Source: an uncultured bacterium (GTDB lineage Bacteria; Margulisbacteria; WOR-1; CAVSGV01). From it: a DNA stretch of 64,000 bases. A program made the position numbers and the translations under genes. The notes under the pieces are model-generated. The model was not told the DNA's origin. It did no database searches and saw only the letters and a list, made by a program, of their open reading frames with translations. This document shows positions 42,078-54,072 of the stretch, piece after piece. The DNA is taken from the NCBI GenBank assembly GCA_963768305.1, contig CAVYHE010000008.1, positions 64,001-128,000 on the forward strand, read 5' to 3'. Numbering within the stretch: position 1 is the first letter of the stretch; each line of letters opens with the position of its first letter.

Positions 42078-42583
42078 ATTGCCTCGTCTTTCGGCGTCGT
42101 CGAGTTGCCGTGGCTGTCTTTCGGAAGATAAATTATCTGGTTCGGGTCTTTTACCCTGTCAACGAACAACTTGCCGTCCAGGTGATCGATTTCATGCTGA
42201 AATACTGTCGCAAGAAGACCCTGTGCCTGTATCTCTATCTGCTTCCCTTTCAGGTCCATACCTTTCACAACAACGGATTCCGCTCTTTCGACAGGCGCTT
42301 CCAGCCCCGGCAAACTGAGGCACCCCTCAACAAATGATTGCTTTCCGCTTTTCTTGATGATTTTCGGATTGATGATCACATGCAGGCCGTCCCCGATGTC
42401 GGCAATGATCAGGCGGATAAGCTCGCCTACCTGCGGCGCGGCAAGCCCCACGCCTGGAGCAGCCCGCAGGGTTTCTTCCATGTTCTCCACAAGTTCACTG
42501 ATCTCTTTGGTGATCTTGGCGACCGGCTTCGATGTCTTGCGAAGGATCGGGTTTTGATTTGTTAATATCTCGAGAATTGCCAT
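42074..42583 (-). CDS. def: Peptide deformylase
   Basis: [30 protein letters not shown] before ATG 42583. Confidence 0.96.
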   Translation of the reverse strand: MAILEILTNQNPILRKTSKPVAKITKEISELVENMEETLRAAPGVGLAAPQVGELIRLIIADIGDGLHVIINPKIIKKSGKQSFVEGCLSLPGLEAPVERAESVVVKGMDLKGKQIEIQAQGLLATVFQHEIDHLDGKLFVDRVKDPNQIIYLPKDSHGNSTTPKDEAI

Positions 42584-42589
42584 TTTATC

Positions 42590-44643
42590 TCCTACTAACA
42601 TGTTGTACGGGTCTATATCCACGCTTACCCTGACCCCGCCCAATTTTACAATATTTCCGGCGCTTTCAACAACCGCTTTCCTCATTTCATCCAGGCCGGG
42701 GCCTTTTACAATGAGGTGATAGCGGTAATTATTTTTAAGTTTTTCTATGGGCGCTTTTGCCGGGCCGAGAACTTCGTTGGCGCCTGACAATCTTTTTCTT
42801 ATCATTTTTGCCGTCTCGCCGGCGACCTGCTCGGCTTTCTTTTCATTTTCGCCTGACACAACTACGGCAATAAGGCTTCCGAACGGCGGATACCCCAGCT
42901 CTTTCCTTGATTGGATCTCTTTTTCATAGAAGCCGTCATAATCATGCTTTGACGAGAACCTGATGGCGTAATTTTCGGGATCGTAAGTTTGGACCATTAC
43001 TTCACCGGCAAGTTTGTGCCTCCCCGTCCTTCCCGCCACCTGCATTATCAGCTGGAAAGTGTGCTCCGCCGCCCTGAAGTCGGGAATGTTAAGCCCGATG
43101 TCCGCCGCGACCACTCCCACAAGCGTGACGCTCCCGATATCCAGCCCTTTCGTCACCATCTGGGTCCCGATAAGGACGTCGCGCGCTGCCCGAGATGAAC
43201 GACCTGATTATGTTCTCATAAGAGCCTTTTTTTGTTACGGTGTCGCTGTCCAGCCGCAGTATCCGCGCGGAAGGATAAATACGGGCGACTTCCTGCTCTA
43301 TCCTCTGGGTTCCCCCGCCGAAAAATTTGATCTGAGTGCTCTGGCATTTGGGGCATATCACGGGCGCTTCGGAAGAGAAGCCGCAGCGGTTGCATATCAG
43401 CTTCCTGTCGGTCATATAATATGTAAGCGAAACGGAGCACTTGGGGCATTGGATGGATGCGCCGCACGACCTGCACATGACGAAAGAGAAATATCCCCGG
43501 CGATTAATGAAAAGTATCGCCTGTTCTTTTTTCTGGAGCGTTGCTTTCAGCTTTTCGCTCAGCTTTCTGCTTAATACATTATAATTGCCGGCTTTCATCT
43601 CGGCCCTCATGTCCACTACCTCCACCGGCGGAAGCGGCCTGTCATCTATCCTTTTTGGCAGGGTCAAAAGTTTGTAATCCCCGTTTTTCGCGTGATAATA
43701 AGTTTCTATCGAGGGGGATGCGCTTCCCAGGACAACGACCGCGTTGGTGCTTTTCGCCAATGTGAACGCGACTTCTCTCGCGTGATATCTGGGATTCTGT
43801 TCCTGCTTGTAAGTATTCTCGTATTCTTCATCGATAACGATGAGCTTCAGGTCCTTGACCGGCATGAAAACCGCTGATCTGGTTCCCAAGACTATCTGTT
43901 TTTCTCCGCTCGCGACCTGTGTCCACGCAAGTTCGCGGTCTTTTTCGCGCATATCGCTGTAATAAACGGCTAGTTTGTCGCCGAAATGTTCTTGGAATCT
44001 TTCGATTATCTGCGGAGTCAAGCCGACTTCCGGAACAAGAATGATGGCTCCGCCGCCGGCATTGGCCACATGGTCCGCGGCTCTCAAATAAACCTCGGTC
44101 TTCCCCGATCCCGTGATCCCGTATAATAATGAAACGCTGAATTTTTTCTGGTCAATGTCGGTGGCGATCGACCTCATTGCTTCCTTTTGCTCCGGCGTTA
44201 ACGAGAATTTGTACGATTTTGATGTTGGGATTTGTGATTTACTTATAACTTTTAACTTTGAACTCTGAACTTCTTTGTAAAGCGGTTTATTTAGTTTCGC
44301 TTTCAAAGCCCTGGCTTCGATCTTGATCATCCCTGGCGGCATAACAGTTCGGAGAGCCGTCATGAAGAACGAGTTATAGTATTCCGCCATCCATTTCGCC
44401 AGCTTGACGGTATCGCGAGAGAACAAAGGATACGGGCTCAAGACGCTTTCGATGTCTTTAATGCCTTTAACGTCCGATGTTTCCACGAACCCGACGATGT
44501 ACCCCACCCTCTTTGCTTTGCCGAAAGGCGCAAGGACCTGCGAGCCGACCTGGGCAATATCTGACAGCTCGGCCGGTATCGAGTAATGGTATATCTTGTC
44601 CAGCCCCGGGGTTACTTTGGCGAGAACTGATCTCTGCGAACAT
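42590..44643 (-). CDS. priA: Primosomal protein N' (frameshifts)
   Basis: GITGSGKTEVY, DEEY, Zn-finger CxxC repeats, QVAGRTGR, DIDP. Confidence 0.94.
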
Positions 44644-44667
44644 ATCGGTTGATTTTAGCATATTTAA

Positions 44668-44695
44668 TGAAATTTCCCCGTCTATTTGCCGATAA
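44668..44695 (+). promoter_or_regulatory. sigma28-like promoter of orphan gene
   Basis: TGAAATTT-12nt-GCCGATAA. Confidence 0.7.
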
Positions 44696-44735
44696 TGTAA
44701 TGATCATGTATTAGAAGATAATAAAAGGAGAAAAA

Positions 44736-45284
44736 ATGCTGCGGACAGAGAGGCTCATGCTCACGCCCCTTTCGCGCTATGCCGGGCCGAAGGAAATGAT
44801 CATGCCGAAAATAACGGTAAATCACCCGGTGATAATAGCAAGGATCCCCTCCAAGGTTTTTTTCGCGAGCCGAACGGAGGACAGGATATATGTTACATCG
44901 GAAACTCCTGAATTGCTCGGAGGCTCTCTTTTTAAGTTCCTGAACCGGGAAGATGTGAATTACGCGCCAAGCTATATCCCGCTACATCATAAAGCATCCT
45001 ATTTTCAAACTGTAATTGACCGCTTTTTACAAAGAATAGAAGAACAGGACATTGAAAAACCTATCCCCTCCGGAAAAAATCCGAAGACCCCTTTAAATTG
45101 TTTTTCCTTGAACCTGTCCAACTCGATCCTCCTGCAATTCTTGGTACGGCCGGAAGAAATACCGGGCGGCCTTCATTTTATTTCAAAAGCATGGGCGGTT
45201 TTTCACGGAGAAATATCGTTTCTGGATAAACTGGAAAAAGACCTGCGGAATTTTGTTTTTACGATGGGATCGTATAATGCTTGA
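44736..45284 (+). CDS. Orphan hypothetical protein (182 aa)
   Basis: AAGGAG SD; fills the gap between priA and coaBC on the opposite strand. Confidence 0.75.
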   Translation: MLRTERLMLTPLSRYAGPKEMIMPKITVNHPVIIARIPSKVFFASRTEDRIYVTSETPELLGGSLFKFLNREDVNYAPSYIPLHHKASYFQTVIDRFLQRIEEQDIEKPIPSGKNPKTPLNCFSLNLSNSILLQFLVRPEEIPGGLHFISKAWAVFHGEISFLDKLEKDLRNFVFTMGSYNA

Positions 45285-45299
45285 AAGAACGATGCTGGA

Positions 45300-46566
45300 T
45301 CAGAAATTCAAAGAAATAGATTTCGAAGCTGATGATATCCTATGCGCCATCTTAAAGTTTGAAGCTTGATCCTTTTCAACTGATAACTTAGCCTTTACAA
45401 GATCAAGTATCCTGTTCGCCGAATTGAGTTTGCTGACCTTTCCCAAATTCTCTGTTTTTCCATCGCGATATATAAAATGCACCTTGCTTGAATCCCCGTC
45501 AAATGCTTCCGGCCCGTTCGCGACGATCAGGTCGAGATTTTTATTTATCAATTTCTTCTTAGAGTTCTTTATCAGGTTTTCAGTTTCAAGCGAGAATCCG
45601 ATCAAAATTTTGTTGCCTTTATTCTTCCCCAATGTTTCGAGAATATCATCCGTTCTTTGCAGTTCAACTTTAACTTTTCCCTTTAACTTTTTACTCTTAA
45701 CTCTTAACTTATAACTTGGTCTGTAATCCGCCACTGCCGCCGCCATCACCACTGCATCCGCCCTCTTTGCCTCGATCATCACCGCCTCTTTCATCTGCGC
45801 GGCTGTCTCGACTTCTATGACCCTGCAGCCGGAAGGTTTTTCCAGTTGCGACGCCGCGGTCACCAGTATTACTCGCGCTCCCCTGTCGACTGCCGCCCTT
45901 GCGACGGCGTATCCCATTTTTCCGGAAGACCTGATTGCCGATGAACCTAACTGGATCGATAGCTTCTCTTGTTCCGCCGGCTGTGATCAATATGCTCACG
46001 CCGTTAAGGTCCTTCGAAGCCATCAATATTTCCTCTGCTTTGGCAATGATAGCGGTAACTTCGGACATCCGGCCCTTTCCCAAACTCTCGCAGGCAAGCC
46101 AGCCGGTTTCCGGTCCGATCATTTGATATCCCAGGCTTACGAGTTTAGCGACATTTTCTTTGACGATCGGGTTTTCCCACATATTTTTGTTCATTGCTGG
46201 CGCGATCAACTTCGGCGCCTTTGATGCCACTATCATCGTCGACAGCGGATCATCAGCTATTCCTTGCGCGATCTTGCCGATGATGTTCGCGGTCGCCGGA
46301 GCGATAATGATAAGGTCGGCCTTCTCGGTGATCGAAATATGCGGGACCCGGATATTTGAAAGTTCATCTGAAAACAAGTCTGTGATAACGGGGTTGTCCG
46401 ATAAAGTCCTGAAAGTGAGAGGAGTGACAAGTTTTGCGGCTTCCGGCGTCATTGCCACCCATACATCCGCTCCCAATTGGGTCAGCTTGCTGACAAGGTC
46501 CGCGGATTTGTATGCCGCGATACCGCCGGTCACTCCGACAATTATGGTTTTATCTTTGAATGGCAT
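45300..46566 (-). CDS. coaBC: Bifunctional phosphopantothenoylcysteine decarboxylase/synthetase (frameshift near 45930)
   Basis: GVTGGIAAYK, PAMN, TAGGTREAIDPVRFIGN, AAAVADY, DLIVAN. Confidence 0.95.
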
Positions 46567-46670
46567 AAGTTAAGTTATTAGTTATAAGTTATAAGTGAAG
46601 AGTTATGAGCCGTCTGTTACCAAGTATTAATAATTAATAACTTATAACTCTTAACATTTAACTCTTAACT
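46566..46670. repeat. Gene-less inverted pair of heptamer arrays (NNAGTTA ... TAACTNN)
   Basis: Fills the rpoZ-coaBC intergenic region; same unit as arrays around 26494-26871. Confidence 0.9.
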
Positions 46671-46968
46671 ATTTCTTTTTTTTAGGTGCCTTCGTCTTCT
46701 TCTTCTCTTCTTTTGCAAGGGACGGTCGTTTTCTTGTTTCCGTTTCAACGGGCTCCTGCGGCTTTATTATTTCCTTGCCGACCTTTATCTTTATCTTATC
46801 CGCGGAGATCTCCTTCAATGCCGTGGTTATGGCATCGGTGGGATCAAAATCATCCACATACGGGAGCGAACCGGCAAGTATTTGCTTTGCCCTTGTTATG
46901 GTGGCGTTCACCAGAAGGAACTTGTTCCTTATTTTATCCATAATGTCATCTATCCTTAGATCTTTCAA
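46669..46968 (-). CDS. rpoZ: RNA polymerase omega subunit
   Basis: NKFLLVN..RAKQI..ALKEI; gmk-rpoZ-coaBC order. Confidence 0.88.
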   Translation of the reverse strand: MKDLRIDDIMDKIRNKFLLVNATITRAKQILAGSLPYVDDFDPTDAITTALKEISADKIKIKVGKEIIKPQEPVETETRKRPSLAKEEKKKTKAPKKKK

Positions 46969-47594
46969 TTTAACATCATCCTTTCTCTTTCCACATTGAT
47001 TATAGCTTTTATTTTTTCGGCGGCGGATTCCACGTCGTCATTAACAACAATGTAATCGTATTTTTCCATGACCTGCAGTTCCGCTATGGCGCTCCTGAGC
47101 CTGAAATTCTGCTCTTCCGCTTTTTCGGTCTTTCTCTTTTTAAGCCTGAAAGCAAGTATGTCCACCGACGGAGGGACAAGAAAAACAAAAACTTCCGATG
47201 CCGAGCCTAATTTTTTCTTCGAAACCAGGTCCTTTATGCTGGCCGCGCCCTGCACGTCCACTTCCAAAATGATGGTCTTCCCCTTATCAAGGGACTTTTC
47301 TATGGGCGCTCGCGGCGTGCCGTAATAGTAGCCGTGGACCTTTGCCCATTCCAGAAATTCGCCTTTTTTTTCAAGTTCAAAGAATTTGTCCTCGGAATAA
47401 AAGAAATAATCTTCTTTATCCTTTTCAAAAGGCCTTTTCGGCCTGGTTGTTGCGGAAGTTGAAACCAAAATTTCAGGGCTGATCTTGAGCAGTTTGGCCA
47501 TTACCGTGCTTTTCCCCACCCCGGACGGTCCGGAAATGACCACAAGCAGGCCCCGTCCGCCGGTTCCCGCAGGGATTTTATTCTTCCTTTTCAC
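46965..47594 (-). CDS. gmk: Guanylate kinase
   Basis: GPSGVGKST, TTRPKR, EWAKVHGYYYGTP. Confidence 0.96.
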   Translation of the reverse strand: MKRKNKIPAGTGGRGLLVVISGPSGVGKSTVMAKLLKISPEILVSTSATTRPKRPFEKDKEDYFFYSEDKFFELEKKGEFLEWAKVHGYYYGTPRAPIEKSLDKGKTIILEVDVQGAASIKDLVSKKKLGSASEVFVFLVPPSVDILAFRLKKRKTEKAEEQNFRLRSAIAELQVMEKYDYIVVNDDVESAAEKIKAIINVERERMMLN

Positions 47595-47686
47595 AACCCG
47601 TGAAGTATAGCAGATTTTCCTTTACTTCACAACTTCTGTGTGTTAAGATTTTTTTTGGTTTTTAATGAAATATAGGGGGTAATTTT

Positions 47687-48800
47687 ATGAAAAAGTCCTT
47701 GTTTTTATCAGTTGTCCTGTGTGCAGCATTAGTTTCCGGCTGTTTTGCTATAGGGGCGGGCGTCGGAACAAGATCAATGGGAATGGGAGGAACCGGCATA
47801 GCCACGGCAACTGACATAACATCCGCGTATTTTAACCCGGCAGGCCTCCAGTTCGGAGCTGATAATGTTCAGATCCAGGCTTTCGCGGGGGGAGATACCC
47901 AGGGCTTATCGGACCTGGTCGATGCCGTATCGAACGGGGAAGATTTCATCACGAATAATTTTGACAAGGATTTCAATATTTCAGCTAATATCTCAGGCGG
48001 GTTCGGCTTTGCTTTCAAAAAGATCGGTTTGAGCGTGCTGGCGGACGGAGTGGCAAATTTCCAAAAAGCGGATTTTTCAAAATCGCTTAAATTCAATGTC
48101 AACGGGAATGTAAACGGATATATTCCTCTCACTCTCGGCTCCTCATTTTCAACCCCCGGTCTTCCTATAGCTATGCTGGCGGTAGGCGTGAACCTTAAAT
48201 CGATAACAGTCGGATCCATGTACACCAATGTCATCCAAACCGGTCCAACAACCGGCGAAGGCACAATGAGTTCCACCATGGGCACCGGTTTCGGTTTTGA
48301 TGTGGGCGTCGCCGCAAAAGTAACCCCGCTCGTGACCGTCGGCGCTGTAGTAAGGAATCTTTCGGCATCGACCGCTATCAAGATAAAATCAACGGATATC
48401 ACGGTAGAACCGGACGGCACTATAAATGATGGGGCTGAAACCGATAAAACGACAACTTATACCCCGCCTGTCGAGACAGGGATCGGCGTAAGCGTTTCTT
48501 GAACCGATAACTAACATTCTTATAGCTTGCGACGTGGACAATTACAGCATGGCTGACAATGGGAACATTAACAAAACGACAAGTTATTCCGATACCCATT
48601 TAGGTATTGAGAAAGGCTTTTTCCTGAACACTTTAATGCTCAGGGCTGGCTATTACACCTATGGGCCGACTTCGGATACTTTCTACACATACGGGCTTGG
48701 ACTGAATGTGGGGCCTGCCAGTATAGGAGTAGCCGCGGCTAACAGCGTAAAAGACTCCGTGAACAGCATAGCATCCGCTCAAATCGGAGTGGCTTTCTAA
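47687..48800 (+). CDS. Outer-membrane beta-barrel protein (FadL/TraF-like), frameshift near 48500
   Basis: Signal peptide, GTRSMGMGG, YFNPAGL, terminal Phe. Confidence 0.78.
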
Positions 48801-48857
48801 GGCTTGGCTCTGCCCAGGTAGTTTGAATTAGCGTAGCTGATACGCTATAATTTCTTC

Positions 48858-49241
48858 GTGCCGCTGTTTTATCAAAAGATCCTCATCGCGATCCTTCTTG
48901 CCGTTCTTTGCGGAGAGGTCGCGGTTTTTTATCTCGAAAGATATTTTGTCGACCCGAAACTCGAATATTCCCCTGATATTTCGGGGGTGATTGAGCGGCC
49001 GGCCCTTGTGGTCGCGATCATCCTCGGCGGATATTTCTTGCTATTTATTCCATTTATAATAATCATCAGGATGCTTTTCCTTGCGGGAGGGAACGGGATG
49101 AAAGGCCTTTCCGAACTGATCAAAAGGGATGAACCCGCCGTGGAGTTCCAGAAGATACGGCTGAAAAGCAAGATCGCTGTATCCTTGGTCGCAAGCCCCG
49201 CGATCGGGATAATATTCGGGTTGATCGCGGCCTTCCTGTAA
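48858..49241 (+). CDS. Hypothetical membrane protein
   Basis: Three hydrophobic segments; TTGAAT-17nt-TATAAT upstream. Confidence 0.7.
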   Translation: MPLFYQKILIAILLAVLCGEVAVFYLERYFVDPKLEYSPDISGVIERPALVVAIILGGYFLLFIPFIIIIRMLFLAGGNGMKGLSELIKRDEPAVEFQKIRLKSKIAVSLVASPAIGIIFGLIAAFL

Positions 49242-52200
49242 TGCGTAAATTAAAGAAATTATCTTTCCTGCTATTGCTCATTCTCCTGGCATCAGGCTGG
49301 TCCCCCGTTCAAATGCTTCCTGCGTTTAAGAACCTGCAAACGGACATCACGACCCAATTGAGCGCCCTGTTCGACAGGGAGATCTCCGTCGGAAGCGTTT
49401 CCGGCACGCTTATAAATCAGGTCGAGCTGAACGATGTCTGCATAGCGAAAGGAAAAAAAGCTTTTCGAGGGATCCATAATCAAGGCAAAAAAGATCGTCA
49501 TTGATTATCAACCCCTTCATTCTTGCGGCAAATAAGGGGAATATTTCCACCGCCATCTCCAAAATAGTCATAATTGAGCCGGAGGTCCTTGTGGAGCGCA
49601 GCATTCACGACGAATGGAACATGGCGAAACTTATTCCCATGTCAAAGCCGTCGGGTAAAAATGGTAAGGCAAAACCGGTCATGTTCTCGGGAAAAATATT
49701 GATCAAGGACGGCTTTGGCCTGTATGTGGACCATCTGGGCTGGGGAGAAGACCTTAAAGGGAAGGCTTTCGTTTCACAGATAAAGGATTTTAACGCGGAG
49801 ATAAAGCTATCCGGGAACAAGATCGACCTCTCGGGAACAGCGACTTCGGTGATAGGCAAAGCCGTGGCATACACGAGGACCGTGGGAAATCTGAACATAA
49901 GAACGGGCAAATATCGTTTTGTGGTCAATGCGAAGAACGTTGACCTGGAAAAATGGGGATATTACACCATGAATATCCCTCACTTTAAGCCGATCTCCGG
50001 GATATCGGACATGAAACTGACAATGACAAATCCTCCTCCCAGGAAAAAAGGGCTGCCGATATTCTTTGACGGCCAGTTCAATGTCAAGAACGGCAAGGCG
50101 ATCATATTTAACAGGCCTTTCGAAGGGTTAAATGGTTTTGTGTGGATACATGATGAGGATGCCAGGTTCAATAACGTCGCTGGATTCACCGGCGGAGTTC
50201 CCGTAATTGCGAACGGAAGGATATATGATTTTACCGTGGCGAATTATGACCTTAAACTTGAGCTCCCGCGGACGGATATCGGGAAATTGCGCGGCGCTTT
50301 TCCCGGAATCGGAAATATCGATCTTTCCGGGAAAGCCGCGGCCAGCGTGAACATAGGGGGTGATTTCGCGCATCCTTTATTCAACGGCACCGCGGAAGCT
50401 GACGGAAGATTATTCGGCCAGAACATGAGCGGCGCTTTCAAATTTAAGTCGGACGGCCCGGTATTAAAGGTCTCTTCCGACAGGCTCTCGGCATACGGAG
50501 GGGACCTGTCCGCGGAAAGCATTTTTGATTTCACGTCATCCGACCCGTCCTTTATCATAAATGTTTACGGCGTTAGCCTTGACCCCGAGAAAGCCGTGCC
50601 GGCCTTATCATCAAATAAAGGCAAAGCCGCAATGACCGTCCTTGTAAAGGGATCTGCGCAAAAATTCACCGTGGACGGCCAGGCCAAAATATCCGGCAGC
50701 GGAGAAGCGTCTGTCTTCGGCACTATTGAGGCGAATAATATCGACATGAACCTTGCGTGCAAGGACCTGAGCATTTCTTACGGCCGGTTCAAGGGGGAAC
50801 TGGACAGCTTGAACGGAAAAATATCCGGGAATGTCAGGGATAATCCTGCAAAAAACCTGGTTTTCGAGGGAAATGCCGTCTTGAGCGACGCCTTCCTTGA
50901 TTCTCAGCCAATATCGGAAGCCGATATAGCTTTCAAATATTACGATCGTCAGGCCGAGATCCCGTCCCTTATCCTGAGATCCGGCAGTTCCACTTTTTCC
51001 GTGAAAGGGAGAACAGGGCTGAACTGCGCGACGGACCTTTCAATAGAAGCCGTCAGCGCCGAGGTATCCGACCTTAAGGTTCTGGATCCTTTCATTCCGA
51101 AAGAATGGGCGCCTATTACCGGAAAGACAGATCTTTCCATTTCCGCAACGGGGGAAATTAAGGATATTAATAAGATCGATCCTTCCGCATTTTCTGTTAA
51201 AGGGAAATTCAACCTCACGGACGGCTCCATCTCCTATCAGGACATTAAGGAAGCGAATATTAATTTCTTATGGAACGATTCCCGCCTCACTCTTCAAAAC
51301 TGCAGGATAACGACCGAAGCATCCGACATCCTGGTAAATGGATTCCTTGAGCCGGCCGGTTCCGTGAACATGGATATATCAGGGACACTTTCACTGGCGG
51401 ACCTGAGGCCTTTCACGCAGAAATACGGGCGGTTGTTCGGCGAATCAAAGATCACCTGCCATCTTGAGGGAAAAACCAAGAACCCCGCAATAAAGATGGA
51501 TCTTGGTGTGCACGGCCTTAGGTTCAATGAGATCATGCTGAGCAGTGTCTCGGGCAATATTTATTATGACGGGAAAAAGCTGTACTTCTTAAAGCCTTTG
51601 GATATAGATCAGGGCAACGACGAATACGTCATTTCCGGCGATTTTTCCTTCGAAAAAAAGCCCCTCCTGTCATTAAGGCTGGATGTTCTTAAAGGCGAGC
51701 TTGGCACGGCTTCCGTGCTCATCGATGGAATAAACTCAGAAATAGGCGCCAAGCAATTTTTCGGGGTCTCACAGCAGAAAACCCTTGTCATTTATCCGGA
51801 AAAATTCCAGCTCCCACAAAGGGATCTCTCTCAGATCTATAACAGCGAAGATAAAACCTCCATTATTAAAGATGTGACCAGAGCCGAGAACGATTCTTAT
51901 TCATACGGCAAAGCCCTGAAAGAAAGGTCCGGAAGGAATATAAACGGCAAATTTACGGGTTTCCTGGAAGTTAACGGCAGAACTGATGATCTCTCGGGCG
52001 CGCTTTCTTTTGATGTAAAAGGAGGAACATGGGAAGGCTATTCATTTGATGAGATCAGCGCAAATGCCACAATGAAGAGCGGGACATTTGAGATCTCTTC
52101 AGCTTACATTAAAAAAGGAAATGGAATATTAAGCGCCGCCGGATCGTTCAACTTTTTGACATCCGCGTCGCTTGAAATAAAAGCAACGGACATGCCCATA

Positions 52201-54042
52201 GATTTCCTCTCTTTTTTCACCGGAAATGAGAAATCTTTCAAGGGAGATGTCGATCTTGATGCTCACGTCCAAGGCCCTGTCAGATCGTTGACGGGAGATG
52301 CCGGCATTAACGCGAGCAATATTACCGTAGGCGGGGTCAATTTCGATAAAGTAGCTTCGCATATCGATTTTAGAAATAACGCTTTCTACTTCCAGAACAC
52401 CGAACTCTCTACCGGCGGAAAAAAATCAGCCATAAGCGGGCACATTCCCCTTACGGGGGAGGGATTGTCCCTTAGCATATCATTGGAAGGCGAAAGCATA
52501 GGCCTTCTTTCCCTTGCTTCGCCGAATATTCAATGGACAAGCGGTACAGGAGAAGGTTTTGTCAGCATTACCGGAAGCATTGACCATCCGAAGTTGAACG
52601 GCGCATTAAGCATAAAGAACTCCGAGATCGAATTAATGTCCCTTGGATCAAGCCTGTCATCCATTAATTCCGAAATAAAGATCAACAATAATGTGATCTC
52701 CACTGAAAGCCTTTCGGCAAAATGGAATGGTAAATGGACCCATAACATCATCAATAAGATCAATCTGTACGGCAGTCTCGATCTTAACCCTCTTTTTTCA
52801 AAGGACCCGTCCGTCGGATTGAATTTAAAATTATCGGATAATGATCTTACCGTTGACATCCCGGATATTTATAAAGGCGATCTGGACGTTAAAGGAATTT
52901 CATTGGCGGGCCCATCAACAGGGCCGCGCCTTTCCGGCACTATAAATTTGAGCAACGGAGCTTTGACGCTGCCGGATATGTCCCGAAAAAGCGCTGCGTT
53001 CCCGTTAGGGATGAACCTGACAGTGAATATACAAAAGAATTCATATGTAACTGCCGGGGATGTTAATAATTTGATAAGCACCGACCTGAGCAATCTGATA
53101 TTGAATCTGGAACTTGAAGGCAACAACATCTCCGTTAACGGCAGCCTTGCGGACCCAAAGGTGCTCGGCAAGGTGACCTTCAAAAGCGGCACGGTCAATA
53201 TATTGAACCGCGAATTTTCGCTCATGTCCGAGGACAGGCAAAAGGATGTCTTTACTTCCAATCAGATGGATATCCAGGCGAATACTGCGGATTTTCGCGG
53301 CACAACCCTGCCTTATCTGACCTTATCCGCTGAAATAAACATCAATTCAACAGAAAATAGTTTAGCTAGCCTTCCTTCAAAAAACCAGACGTACACGACA
53401 TCGAATTTTCTTGTCATTTCCAGGATCACCGGAGTGCCTTTTTCGCAGGAAAAGGAAGAGGGCCTGAATCTTATGTTCTACGCCTTTAAAGAAGACGCCA
53501 CCAAGCAGCCTCCCGAGCTTGTTCCCGCCGGTTATGATGAAGAGCAGATAAAGGTCCTTTTACTGCCGGATTTCATCAAAGGATCTTTAGGGATAACCGA
53601 CAAAGGCGTATCCAATGTAGACGCCAATGAAGTGCTCGCCGATTACCTGAACAGCAGGCTGAACGCTTATCTTCTGAGAGATGTGGAAAGGAACCTTGCT
53701 AAATCATTCGAATTGGAAAGCCTGACACTGGAGTACAACTTCGGTAAAGATCTCAGGAACATGTTCACGACGACCAATCCCTCGGAACTCGGGCCTCAGG
53801 AATTGCCGGAAACAATGTACGGCATCGGAGCGGTCAAGAGCTTTTTCGGCAGGTTATTCATTGACGTGAAATATTCACAGGCGGTGGAGCAGCCGGCGCT
53901 TATAAACAAAGAATGGCTCAATTACCAGCTCACTTACAAGCTGAACTCCGTACTTTCGGTCGTTTATTACAGAGAGCCTTTCAGCTTCCTTCAGGATAGC
54001 GATTATTATAAGGTCACGCTTAAAGCCGGTTATGAGTTTTAA
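49241..54042 (+). CDS. TamB/AsmA-like translocation-assembly protein (frameshift near 49460)
   Basis: About 1600 aa, beta-rich repeats, N-terminal anchor, upstream of Omp85. Confidence 0.85.
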
Positions 54043-54072
54043 TTAATTTATAATGTGTTCTAAAAAAAACTA

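Noticed and set aside
42074..43159. Apparent PriA-Def fusion
   Set aside because: def has its own GGAG SD and ATG at 42583, and a TAG lies one base out of frame right after DIDPYNML. Probably an indel.
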